From Dehalococcoidales bacterium (GTDB lineage: Bacteria; Chloroflexota; Dehalococcoidia; Dehalococcoidales; RBG-16-60-22): a stretch of DNA of 42,662 nt. A model generated the notes under the pieces. The model worked only from the letters and a program-made list of their open reading frames with translations. It had not been told where the DNA came from and did not search any database. Below are positions 17,414 to 26,118 of the stretch, in pieces (position 1 is the stretch's first letter; each line of letters begins with the position of its first letter). The DNA lies in the NCBI GenBank assembly GCA_030606585.1, contig JAUWGD010000001.1, positions 1-42,662 on the forward strand. Reading direction: 5' to 3'. The position numbers and the translations under genes were made by a program.

Positions 17414-18295
17414 ATGAAATTGAACCGTAGAACTTTCTTGAAAGTCTCGGCAGGGACAACCGGCCTTATATTGTTAAATAAACCGAAAAAATCTTCCGCG
17501 AGTGATACCCCAAATAAATCGGGTAAAGCGGTACTGGTAGATACCTCAAAGTGTGTAGGCTGCTGGTGGTGCTATGCCGCCTGTAAGCATGCCCACAACT
17601 TACCCGAAACAATCAGACCTGATAAAGAACATCCGCCGGAGCTTGATTCTAATATCTTGACGACCCTGAGTACCATGAAGAATGGCGACGAATGGCTCTA
17701 CGCCAAGCGTCAGTGCATGCACTGCGAGTACCCGGCCTGTGTGACCGCCTGCCCGGTGGGCGCTCTACAGAAGACACCGGAAGGACCGGTTATCTATGAC
17801 AGTAGTAAATGCTTCGGGTGCCGTTACTGCATGGTGGTCTGCCCGTTTGGCGTGCCCGACTTTGAATGGGAAGACCCTACCCCATGGATATGCAAGTGTG
17901 ATTTTTGTACCGACCGCCTGGCAGCGGGACTGGAACCGGCCTGTGTGGATGCCTGCACCACGGGTGCTCTTAAGTTAGGTAATCGAGAGGAACTCATCGC
18001 CGAGGCCAGAGAACGCATCGCGGCCGAACCGGGTAAGTACATAGACCACATCTACGGAGAGAAAGAGGCGGGTGGCACTTCGTGGCTGTATCTCTCCACT
18101 ATTCCCCTGGAAAAGATAGGATTTCCTTCTCTGGAATCCAAGCCGGTGACCCTTGACGCTGAACGCGCCATGGGTGCCGTTCCGCCGGTGCTCCTAGGTG
18201 TGGCGGCAGCTATGTCCAGTATCTTCTGGCTCGTTAAACGACGTAATCAAATGAGTCAGGAAAAACCCGGAGATAAGAAGGAGGGCAGAAAATGA
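17414..18295 (+). CDS. Tat-exported four-cluster [4Fe-4S] protein with C-terminal TM anchor (HybA/NrfC/DmsB-like)
   Basis: Twin-arginine signal MKLNRRTFLKVSAGTTGLILL. Four Cys groups (CVGCWWCYAAC, CMHCEYPACVTACP, CFGCRYCMVVCP, CDFC...CVDAC). Hydrophobic C-terminal helix VPPVLLGVAAAMSSIFWLV. Confidence 0.85.
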   Translation: MKLNRRTFLKVSAGTTGLILLNKPKKSSASDTPNKSGKAVLVDTSKCVGCWWCYAACKHAHNLPETIRPDKEHPPELDSNILTTLSTMKNGDEWLYAKRQCMHCEYPACVTACPVGALQKTPEGPVIYDSSKCFGCRYCMVVCPFGVPDFEWEDPTPWICKCDFCTDRLAAGLEPACVDACTTGALKLGNREELIAEARERIAAEPGKYIDHIYGEKEAGGTSWLYLSTIPLEKIGFPSLESKPVTLDAERAMGAVPPVLLGVAAAMSSIFWLVKRRNQMSQEKPGDKKEGRK

Positions 18296-19113
18296 CCTTA
18301 GCCGTGCTGTACGACGCTAATAAATGCATCGGCTGCCGGGGATGTCAGGTAGCCTGCAAGCAGTGGAATGAGAATGACGAGTTCATACCCACTGAGGAAA
18401 ACGGGGTGCAGTCGAAGAACTGGGGCAGCAATGAAAATCCGCCTCAATTGTCCGCCCGTACCTGGACGAAGATACGCTTTACGGAACTGGATTATAACGG
18501 TAAATTTCACTGGGTCTTTACCAAGCTCCAGTGCATGCACTGCGAGCACCCGGCCTGTGTGACAGCCTGCCCGGTGGGCGCTTTAGAGAAGACACCGGAA
18601 GGACCGGTTATCTATGACGATACCAAATGCTTCGGGTGCCGTTACTGCATGTTGGCCTGTCCCTTCGGGATACCTTCCTTCGAGTGGGACAGCCCCCTGC
18701 CCTGGATTCGTAAGTGCACCTTCTGCGCGGACCGTTTAGGCGCGGGATTGGAACCAGCCTGTGTTCAGACCTGCCCTACCAAAGCGCTTAAATTGGGGGA
18801 GCGGGAAGAATTAATAGCAGAAGCCCGGGAGCGTATCAACACTTCTCCCGATAAATATATAAATCACATCTACGGAGAGAACGAGGTGGGCGGCACATCA
18901 TGGCTGTATCTCTCTCCAGTGCCCTTTGAAATGATAGGGCTGCCGACTCTCGGGTCCGAGCCGGTGACCCTTGACGCCGAACGCGCTATGGGTGCCGTTC
19001 CGCCGGTCCTCATGGGGGTGGCGGCGGCTATGTCCGGTATTTACTGGGTCATCAAACGACGTGAGCGTATCAGCCGTGAAAGAACCGAGGAGAAAGAAGA
19101 GGTAACGAAATGA
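18292..19113 (+). CDS. four-cluster [4Fe-4S] protein, paralog of 17414..18295 but without a signal peptide; C-terminal TM anchor retained
   Basis: Starts MTLAVLYDANKCIGCRGCQVAC with no Tat motif. It has the same four Cys groups and the VPPVLMGVAAAMSGIYWVI helix. ATGA overlaps occur at both ends. Confidence 0.85.
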   Translation: MTLAVLYDANKCIGCRGCQVACKQWNENDEFIPTEENGVQSKNWGSNENPPQLSARTWTKIRFTELDYNGKFHWVFTKLQCMHCEHPACVTACPVGALEKTPEGPVIYDDTKCFGCRYCMLACPFGIPSFEWDSPLPWIRKCTFCADRLGAGLEPACVQTCPTKALKLGEREELIAEARERINTSPDKYINHIYGENEVGGTSWLYLSPVPFEMIGLPTLGSEPVTLDAERAMGAVPPVLMGVAAAMSGIYWVIKRRERISRERTEEKEEVTK

Positions 19114-20276
19114 TGCCCAAAAAACATTCATTTCCTGTCGGCACCTTTATTCTGAGCATCCTGGTTGTCGTTGGTCTGGCGGTAGTGATTTATAGATACA
19201 TCTACGGACTGGGTGCCATCAGTAACCTGAGTGACGGCCGTGCCTGGGGCCTGTGGATAAGTTTCGACCTTTATTGCGGCGTGGCACTGGCGGCGGGCGG
19301 CTTCACCCTGGCTGGCGCCGTTTATATCTTTAACCTTAAAAAGTATCGTTCCGTGGTGAGGCCGGCTATCCTGACCGCCTTCCTGGGCTATACGCTGGTA
19401 ATCCTGGCTCTGCTGGTTGACCTGGGACATCCCTGGTACATCTGGCATATCATCATTAACTGGAACGTTCATTCGCCGCTGTTTGAAGTAGGTATGTGCG
19501 TCATGTTTTATACGGCAGTGCTGGCCCTCGAGTTTAGCCCGGCGGTATTTGAAGGCTTAAGTAAAAGCAACCTCCCGGTCGTCAGGCACATCAACTGGCA
19601 TTTCCCCTGGCGTGTCATCCGGGCAATTCAGATACCCCTGGTAATCGCCGGCGTTGTCCTTTCCACACTGCATCAGTCCTCACTGGGGTCGATGCTGCTG
19701 ATGATGCCGGAAACATTACACGAACTATGGTACACACCAATCCTGCCGATACTGTTCCTCATTTCAGCCGTAGCCGTAGGTCCGGCCATGGTCATCTTCG
19801 AGTCGACCCTCAGCACCAGAGTCTTCGGCCATAAGTTAGACATTGATGTGCTAAGCGGTTTAGCCAGGGTTATTCCCTACATCCTGGGGCTTTACCTTCT
19901 ATTGAAAGTGATTGAACTGACGGCGGTGGGAGAACTGGGACTCATCTTTACCGCATACCCGCAGAACCTGCTGTGGTGGGGTGAAATTATCATCGGGGTT
20001 ATAGTGCCCATCATCCTCTTCTCGATGTCCGATGTGAGGCAAAACCGGAGCGCCGTATTCTGGACTTCAGTTCTGATCATCATTGGGCTGGTAATTAATC
20101 GCTTCAACGTGAGCATGCTGGCGCTGGGCATGCGCCCGGGTTATTTTTACTTCCCTCACTGGATGGAGTTTGCCGTCTCGGTGGGTCTGGTTGCCGACGC
20201 CTTACTCGTCATCTGGCTGGCCCACCGGTTCCTGCCGATTGCCCACCAAGAGCAAATAGTGGAGGCTGAAATTTAA
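19110..20276 (+). CDS. NrfD/HybB/PsrC-family integral membrane protein
   Basis: 388 aa with 8 or more hydrophobic segments. The motif GLGAISNLSDGRAWGLWISFDLYCGVALAAGGF is typical of the NrfD/HybB/DsrP family. Confidence 0.85.
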   Translation: MMPKKHSFPVGTFILSILVVVGLAVVIYRYIYGLGAISNLSDGRAWGLWISFDLYCGVALAAGGFTLAGAVYIFNLKKYRSVVRPAILTAFLGYTLVILALLVDLGHPWYIWHIIINWNVHSPLFEVGMCVMFYTAVLALEFSPAVFEGLSKSNLPVVRHINWHFPWRVIRAIQIPLVIAGVVLSTLHQSSLGSMLLMMPETLHELWYTPILPILFLISAVAVGPAMVIFESTLSTRVFGHKLDIDVLSGLARVIPYILGLYLLLKVIELTAVGELGLIFTAYPQNLLWWGEIIIGVIVPIILFSMSDVRQNRSAVFWTSVLIIIGLVINRFNVSMLALGMRPGYFYFPHWMEFAVSVGLVADALLVIWLAHRFLPIAHQEQIVEAEI

Positions 20277-21001
20277 TGAGCAAAGCCGCTTTTAAGCCGT
20301 TCATCTTGCCCTTACTCCTGTTAATATGTGCTCTGTTCTATTACTTCGGAGAACTGGTGGACTGGGCCACCTGGAATGCTCTGCGCAAGAATTTCTTCTA
20401 CGGAGTTCATGACATACACCGCCTGTTGTTCCTGATACCGATAATCTACGCCGCTTACACCGCCAGAGTTAAAGGGGCGATTATCATGACGCTGGTAAGT
20501 CTCGCCATTTTCCTGCCGCGGGCTTTTTTCGTCTCTCCCTATCCCGACCCGTTACTCAGAATGATAATTTTCACTCTGGGAGCCGGTGTTATAGGCTACC
20601 TCGTAGCGAGGATTCGTAATGAAGGGGAAAAATCCCGGCAGTTGGAGGTTATGATAACCATTGAAAGGGATAAGCTACGAAAAATTGTAGGTGGCATGGC
20701 AGATGGTATTATCATCACTGGCCAGGATTACAGGATACGTTTTATGAATTCAAAAATGGTGGATGCTTTTGGTGAGGGTACTGGCCTCCCCTGCTATAAA
20801 CTCCTGCGTGATATTGATGCCCCGTGTCAACAGGAATGCCACATACCAGACGTGATTCACGATAAACACATCAGAAAGTGGGAATGTAGCTTTCCATCTG
20901 GTAAAACCTACGAAATATTGGCGGCACCCTACGTTGATTCCGATGAAACAGTTTGTCAAATTTCCATATTCAGGGACATCACAAAGCGCAAGAATAATTA
21001 G
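20276..21001 (+). CDS. membrane-anchored Cys-rich PAS sensor protein without a kinase or other output domain
   Basis: The N-terminal about 110 aa membrane domain resembles that of HK 14676..15797 (LPRAFFVSPYPDPL vs LPRAIFISPHPLDAL). The C-terminal PAS resembles that of HK 12978..14597 (PCYKLLRDIDAPCQQEC vs LCYKVFHNRDGPCHEPLWDC). The start overlaps the NrfD stop (TAATG). Confidence 0.7.
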   Translation: MSKAAFKPFILPLLLLICALFYYFGELVDWATWNALRKNFFYGVHDIHRLLFLIPIIYAAYTARVKGAIIMTLVSLAIFLPRAFFVSPYPDPLLRMIIFTLGAGVIGYLVARIRNEGEKSRQLEVMITIERDKLRKIVGGMADGIIITGQDYRIRFMNSKMVDAFGEGTGLPCYKLLRDIDAPCQQECHIPDVIHDKHIRKWECSFPSGKTYEILAAPYVDSDETVCQISIFRDITKRKNN

Positions 21002-21079
21002 CATAACGCATCGCGTTCAACCGGCTTTTTTCAGACTTTCCCCACAATAAGGTATAATGCGATACAAAGGATTTTAGTG

Positions 21080-21193
21080 GGAGTGAAGGTATGAACCCCG
21101 AATGGGTTATCAGGATTATCCTTTTTGGCATAGCCCACTGGATACTGGCCGGGTTCTTACTCAATGATTTAGCATCAAGACAGAAGGTGTTCG
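21080..21193 (+). repeat. direct repeat copy 1 (RBS and first about 35 codons of the PLDc_N-like gene)
   Basis: Aligns by eye with 25974..26079 at roughly 85-90 percent identity, with a 9-nt gap in copy 2. Confidence 0.8.
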
Positions 21194-21306
21194 GGCGCCG
21201 TAAAGCGCCGTGGGTAATAGTTGTAATAATAATCCCCTGCTTCGGCTCGATATTATACCTGCTGTTCCATCCCCAGATTTTCCATCCGGATGATAACCAG
21301 AAGTAA
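21091..21306 (+). CDS. small two-TM membrane protein, PLD-nuclease N-terminal (PLDc_N)-like
   Basis: 71 aa with the pattern W...L.D......K..W.......P..G...YL typical of the PLDc_N small proteins. Confidence 0.55.
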   Translation: MNPEWVIRIILFGIAHWILAGFLLNDLASRQKVFGRRKAPWVIVVIIIPCFGSILYLLFHPQIFHPDDNQK

Positions 21307-21501
21307 CACGATTCCGATAAGCCTGAGAAGCGAGATAATTAGCAGGATGAAATTAAGCCCCGAACCCGCATGCGTGCCCAGGGCTTATCCGGTACTGTTA
21401 TTCACCTGTAATGAAAACGGACTTTCTTCCGGTTACTTCTTCTCTTTCGTATACGCTCCGCCGGTGTCCGCTCCCACGTAGCTGAATCCCGCTAGCAGAA
21501 A

Positions 21502-22971
21502 CTAGACGAGTGAACCTCCCGATGGTGATACTCCATTCGGATCAAGTGCTTCTGTAATTTTCTGCCACCATAAATGGTAATTTAATAGAGCTGGTCCGAT
21601 TTCATCTTGTGGTCCCATTGTCGATGCGAAGTAGCGTTCAGTAAAAGCCCTCCTATTCTGCTCTTTTTGCCACCCTTCTACGGCTGCCTTGGCTTCAGGG
21701 TTGCCGGGATCGAACTTGCAGAATATTTCCGTTTTACCAAGATGCCCCTGTTCAACTCCCCATCCAAAAAAGGCCCCGCCATCATCCACTATATAGCCCT
21801 TTTCTATCAAGGGCTCCTTCGCTTTGCCGGCTCCTATCGCCCACTTGATGGTCAAGTCTCTCTGGCCCATGATAGGAATTGAATTAAAGGCTCCGCCGTT
21901 ACGGAATGTCTCCCTGATGGAGGCGGAGATTCTGGTGCACTGGCACATCAGAATTCCTTCTATCCTGGGGTCTTCGACCGCCTTTAAAGACTTCCCGTCA
22001 TTTTCACTGACAATCTTCTCTAATACTCGTTGCTTGTATTCGAAGTCTGCCGGAGTGTCGCCGACTACGATTACGAAGAAGCCGGGCCCCTGCACTTCCT
22101 TGTTCAGGCGGTTGAAGGTCTCCTCTTCTTCTTCATTGCTTGTCGTGATATTCGCAGCTACCATTGAAATGTTAAAGCCCATCAACTCGAAACATATTTC
22201 ACTTTCACCTATCTTGAGCTCCGCCTGCCACATCTTTTCTACTGACGGGAAGCTGAAATACCGTGCCATCATGTTCGGCGGTATCTCGCTCAGGGAGTAA
22301 TGCGGTGATATCCCCTCGACCGGGTAGGCAGAAGGCCCCGACCAGTGATAAAGCTTTACTGCAGCCTTCGTAAACACACCCGGCGTTACGCCCGGCGGCA
22401 CGGCACTGGTAAGTATGCTCCTCAAAGACGGACCCGGTCCGTCACCACAGAACCACTCATCCGAAGACCCCAGCGAACCTGACCTGACTATGTCCCCTTC
22501 AGGAGTTATCCATTCTATAGCCAGATGGTTTCGGTCATCACCACTTGTGGTTTGATCCATATGTCCGTGACCCCTGAGCATTGCCGTACAGTTAGTCCCG
22601 GCCCCCTTTATGCAAAAATTCAAGCCCCTTTTCATTAGCTCAGCTTGTAGCTGTGACGAGATTACATACGGCTCAACCACGGCATACATGTTTTTCTCGT
22701 TGATTTCAATTATACGGTTCATCCTTCTCAGGTCTAACAAGATAATACCCGGAGGGAACATCCCCGTCCAGCCGGTGCATATGGGTCTGAATTGCATCTT
22801 GTGTTTGTTGCACAGCTTAACTATCGCTTGAACTTCCGCCGTGTTCCCCGGAAGAATTACGGCAGCGAACTCAGTCGAGAAATACGCAGGCATTATTGCC
22901 GGGTCATTACAGATATTTTCCTCTCCCACCACATCTTCGAATTCCTTATATACTTCTTTGTTTAAAGCCAT
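21502..22971 (-). CDS. FAD-binding (PCMH-type) oxidoreductase, GlcD/GlcE-like
   Basis: 489 aa. The N-terminal FAD_binding_4-like region (AAVILPGNTAEVQAIVKLCNKHKMQFRP...) is divergent. Confidence 0.7.
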   Translation of the reverse strand: MALNKEVYKEFEDVVGEENICNDPAIMPAYFSTEFAAVILPGNTAEVQAIVKLCNKHKMQFRPICTGWTGMFPPGIILLDLRRMNRIIEINEKNMYAVVEPYVISSQLQAELMKRGLNFCIKGAGTNCTAMLRGHGHMDQTTSGDDRNHLAIEWITPEGDIVRSGSLGSSDEWFCGDGPGPSLRSILTSAVPPGVTPGVFTKAAVKLYHWSGPSAYPVEGISPHYSLSEIPPNMMARYFSFPSVEKMWQAELKIGESEICFELMGFNISMVAANITTSNEEEEETFNRLNKEVQGPGFFVIVVGDTPADFEYKQRVLEKIVSENDGKSLKAVEDPRIEGILMCQCTRISASIRETFRNGGAFNSIPIMGQRDLTIKWAIGAGKAKEPLIEKGYIVDDGGAFFGWGVEQGHLGKTEIFCKFDPGNPEAKAAVEGWQKEQNRRAFTERYFASTMGPQDEIGPALLNYHLWWQKITEALDPNGVSPSGGSLV

Positions 22972-22990
22972 GATTCATTAACCCCCTTTC

Positions 22991-24259
22991 TTATATCGCC
23001 TTCTCTACTAATTCAACGATATCATACACCTTCAGGTTACTACCGTTTTCTTTGATGGTTTCGCTGAAGTTCTTCTCACACCAGGGACAGGCGGTAACAA
23101 TCGCCTCGGCCCCGGTAGACCCGGCTTCCTCTATTCTCTCCCGGGCAGTCCATCTGGCAAACCCGGGATTTGACTCATTGACACCGCCACCGGCCCCACA
23201 GCACCAGGCGTATTCCTTGATCCTGGTCATTTCCGTGAGTTTTACGCCGGGAATGCTCTTGAGTACATCCCGAGGCGGTTCATAGACGCCTTTAGTGCCC
23301 CGCCGATATTCCTTCGGCGGGTCGAAAACAAATCTGTCCCCTGGAACCTTTTTCCCTTCCCAGTGTATCCAAGGCTCTCCCAGCCGGCCGAGGCGACAGG
23401 GGTCATGATAGGTGACATTCAAATTAACTTTCTTATTCAGCTTGAGCTTGCCATCTTTTATCAGCTTGTCGATGTATTCCGAGATATGCAGCACTTCGAG
23501 GTCGCCCTTGAGATTGTATTTGTCGTAGAGGACCTTGAAAGCCTGGTAGCCATCGGCGCAGCCCGTGACCAGAGTCTTGATACCGGCTTTCTTAATCATG
23601 TCCATGTTCTTTTTAGCCTGATTAAGGAAGTCTTCTTTATAGCCCATCTGGTAGGCCCGGCCGCCGCAGCATGTCTCGGCGTTACCGGCAATACCGAAAT
23701 TGACGCCGGCTTTCTGCAGTATCTTTACGGTGGCTTTGGCCAGCTTCTGCATGTTCTTGTCGTAACTCGTCAGACAACCGACATGGTAGAGCACATCCAC
23801 CTTTTCTTTGGTAGCGTCCTTCAGTTTCAGGCCGGTAGCCCAGTCGCCGCGTTTGCCTTTGGCACCGGGTACCATGGTGCCCTGCTTTTGGAGACCGGCG
23901 ATTACCTTATCGAGGGCCGGGTTGGTTTTTCCATCCTCGACACACCTTAGCCTGAATTCACTGATAGGCTGGAGGACTTCCATATCCATGGCATAGTTAC
24001 ACGAGACACCACAGGCGCCACAAAGCTGGCAGTTATATACTATATCAAGCAGCTTATCCGTATATTTAAATCCATCCTTCAACATTGCCGCTGCGATATT
24101 CAATCTTCCGCCGGCTGAGTAGGCGTGGAAATTATATTTAGCTATACTGGGGCACACATTTACATACTGAGCTCCCTTCACCTTTTGCATGGGTATAAAT
24201 TTGCAGGTCGAACACCGGCAGCACATCTCCATATCGCCTCGGTAATCTTCTAGTGCCAT
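22991..24259 (-). CDS. FeS protein with two CCG domains (GlcF/HdrD/LldF-like)
   Basis: CCRCSTCKFIP...CPS and CQLCGACGVSC ferredoxin-type motifs, plus two CCG-type repeats (HVGC...ETCCGG; HDPC...AWCCGAGGG). Confidence 0.85.
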   Translation of the reverse strand: MALEDYRGDMEMCCRCSTCKFIPMQKVKGAQYVNVCPSIAKYNFHAYSAGGRLNIAAAMLKDGFKYTDKLLDIVYNCQLCGACGVSCNYAMDMEVLQPISEFRLRCVEDGKTNPALDKVIAGLQKQGTMVPGAKGKRGDWATGLKLKDATKEKVDVLYHVGCLTSYDKNMQKLAKATVKILQKAGVNFGIAGNAETCCGGRAYQMGYKEDFLNQAKKNMDMIKKAGIKTLVTGCADGYQAFKVLYDKYNLKGDLEVLHISEYIDKLIKDGKLKLNKKVNLNVTYHDPCRLGRLGEPWIHWEGKKVPGDRFVFDPPKEYRRGTKGVYEPPRDVLKSIPGVKLTEMTRIKEYAWCCGAGGGVNESNPGFARWTARERIEEAGSTGAEAIVTACPWCEKNFSETIKENGSNLKVYDIVELVEKAI

Positions 24260-24308
24260 CTCCGTTCCCTCCTAAATTTATTCAATGATGAATTTCTATT
24301 ATCCATGG

Positions 24309-25775
24309 TTAAAAGCACACTTTGCCCGGATTCATAATACTGTTTGGATCAAACATCTTCTTAAGCTTATCTAACACAGCGACGGTAGCCGCATCTCTAT
24401 TTAAAATCATATTTGCATTTTCACCATACGGCCTTGAGAAGAACGCATCCTTAGCCATTAAGCTCTTGACGGCTGAGTTAGATAATCCCCTGACTCGATT
24501 TAGCTCACTTGGATTTCCGGGATCATAAAACAGATTAAACTCACAGTGACAGCCAGTGCCCTGTACTATCGGCTGGATGTAAACACCCATTTCTGAAGCG
24601 GAGTAGTCAGCTTTTTCAGCCAGTTCATTCATAACCCCGATTTGCCCTTCGAGCTTATCATTGATGGTCAAAAAGAATATGTCCTCGCAGGCCCCTTTAT
24701 AGCGAAGCTTCCAGTAGGGCTCCCCGGAAGGCTGCTGGACCGCTTTCAGTATTTCATTTGCTGAAACTCCACCGGCTGCTTTAACTGCTTCCACCCCCAA
24801 CCGCTGGGTTATTTCAGTGATGCCTTTAATATGAGAGCTAATCCTTTCCTCCGGCAAATACTCGTAGCCGGCCACAGTATAGAAAAGAGTCCATGCGGGT
24901 AAGGAATCCTTGAGGTTCTGATAGCCCCTGGGCCATTTCTTCGTAAAGATAGCCGCCAGGTTGGTATTATTGAGTATAAAGCATTCGTTGACCATTCTCA
25001 GTCTTATCAGCCAGGAAATCATCTCGAGCAGCGTATCGAGGTTGGAGGAGCCAACCACGAAGGGCTCTTCAAGACTGGGGAGTATTTCACACCTCATTGA
25101 TGCCCACGTTACGATGCCCATGGTTCCCTGCGCCCCCTGGATAAGCCTGTGCCAGGAAGCCACGCCAGGCCCGTACGGCGCTTTTTGCACGCCCCCGACT
25201 GCCCACTGCTCCTTTACCGTACCCGGTCCGGCCGCCTGCCCGGTCCTGAACTCATCACCAGACCCAAAGATTACCTCAACACAAGACAACGGGTCTGATA
25301 TATCCCATTGATACTTGGGCATTATTACAGGCTCTCTCTCGAGTATACTGCCGATAACGGTCTTCGACTTTCGCGGCAGTAGCGGCATATTAAGCCTGAT
25401 GCCCTCCTTTTCCGCCGCTGGTATGAGTTCACCGAATGTCACGCCCGGCTCGACCATGGCAACCCGGCGCGCCCGGTCGACATTGATGATCTTTTTCATT
25501 TTGCTTAAATCTACGATTACAGCCCCTCCGATGCCGGGGACGGTATCACCACGGAAATGAGGAGGGCCCGAGCTTACCGGTACCAGCGGTGTTTGAGTCT
25601 TATTAGCCAGGTTTACTATCTTCCGTACGTCACTGGCATTTTTTGGCTTTACCACACATACCGGCCTGACCGCATTGACGAAACTAATGTCTTTGGAATA
25701 TTCGTCTAATGTCTTTTGTTCATACGATACGTTGCCGGCGCCGACGATTTTCACCAGCTTCTCTTTTCCAATCAT
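24309..25775 (-). CDS. FAD-binding (PCMH-type) oxidoreductase, GlcD-like
   Basis: 488 aa with VRPVCVVKPKNASDVRKIVNLANKTQTPLVPVSSG...VIVDLSKM...VMVEPGVTF, typical of FAD-linked oxidases. Confidence 0.8.
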   Translation of the reverse strand: MIGKEKLVKIVGAGNVSYEQKTLDEYSKDISFVNAVRPVCVVKPKNASDVRKIVNLANKTQTPLVPVSSGPPHFRGDTVPGIGGAVIVDLSKMKKIINVDRARRVAMVEPGVTFGELIPAAEKEGIRLNMPLLPRKSKTVIGSILEREPVIMPKYQWDISDPLSCVEVIFGSGDEFRTGQAAGPGTVKEQWAVGGVQKAPYGPGVASWHRLIQGAQGTMGIVTWASMRCEILPSLEEPFVVGSSNLDTLLEMISWLIRLRMVNECFILNNTNLAAIFTKKWPRGYQNLKDSLPAWTLFYTVAGYEYLPEERISSHIKGITEITQRLGVEAVKAAGGVSANEILKAVQQPSGEPYWKLRYKGACEDIFFLTINDKLEGQIGVMNELAEKADYSASEMGVYIQPIVQGTGCHCEFNLFYDPGNPSELNRVRGLSNSAVKSLMAKDAFFSRPYGENANMILNRDAATVAVLDKLKKMFDPNSIMNPGKVCF

Positions 25776-25973
25776 TTTTGCCCCCTTTCGCTTTTTACAT
25801 AGTTAAACGGCTCTATCTAAAGGAATATACTGGTGCTATTGATTCAGATTTGCCTCTGGAAGACGGCTATTTCCTGTCCGTCCTGGAAAATTAATATACC
25901 AAAATATAGTATTCTTCTTTGCGTCCCCATGTCAAGTGTGAGAGGCTTTTACGCAAAGTAATAGAGCCTGGCG

Positions 25974-26079
25974 AGAGTTAAGGTATAAACCCCGAATGGA
26001 TTATCCTTTTTGGCATAGCGTACTGGATATTGGCCGGGTTCTTACTCAATGATTTAGTATCAAGGCAGAGAGTTTTCGA
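25974..26079 (+). pseudogene. degenerate second copy of the 5' end of the PLDc_N-like gene (direct repeat copy 2)
   Basis: The start codon ATG is changed to ATA (25985..25987), with an in-frame TAA just upstream. There is a 9-nt in-frame deletion (codons VIR). About 35 codons otherwise align with 21091.. (INPEW-IILFGIAYWILAGFLLNDLVSRQRVF), after which homology ends. Confidence 0.7.
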
Positions 26080-26118
26080 GTTCCTCAAGGGATGCCGTAA
26101 CAGTCTCAACAAGTATTA

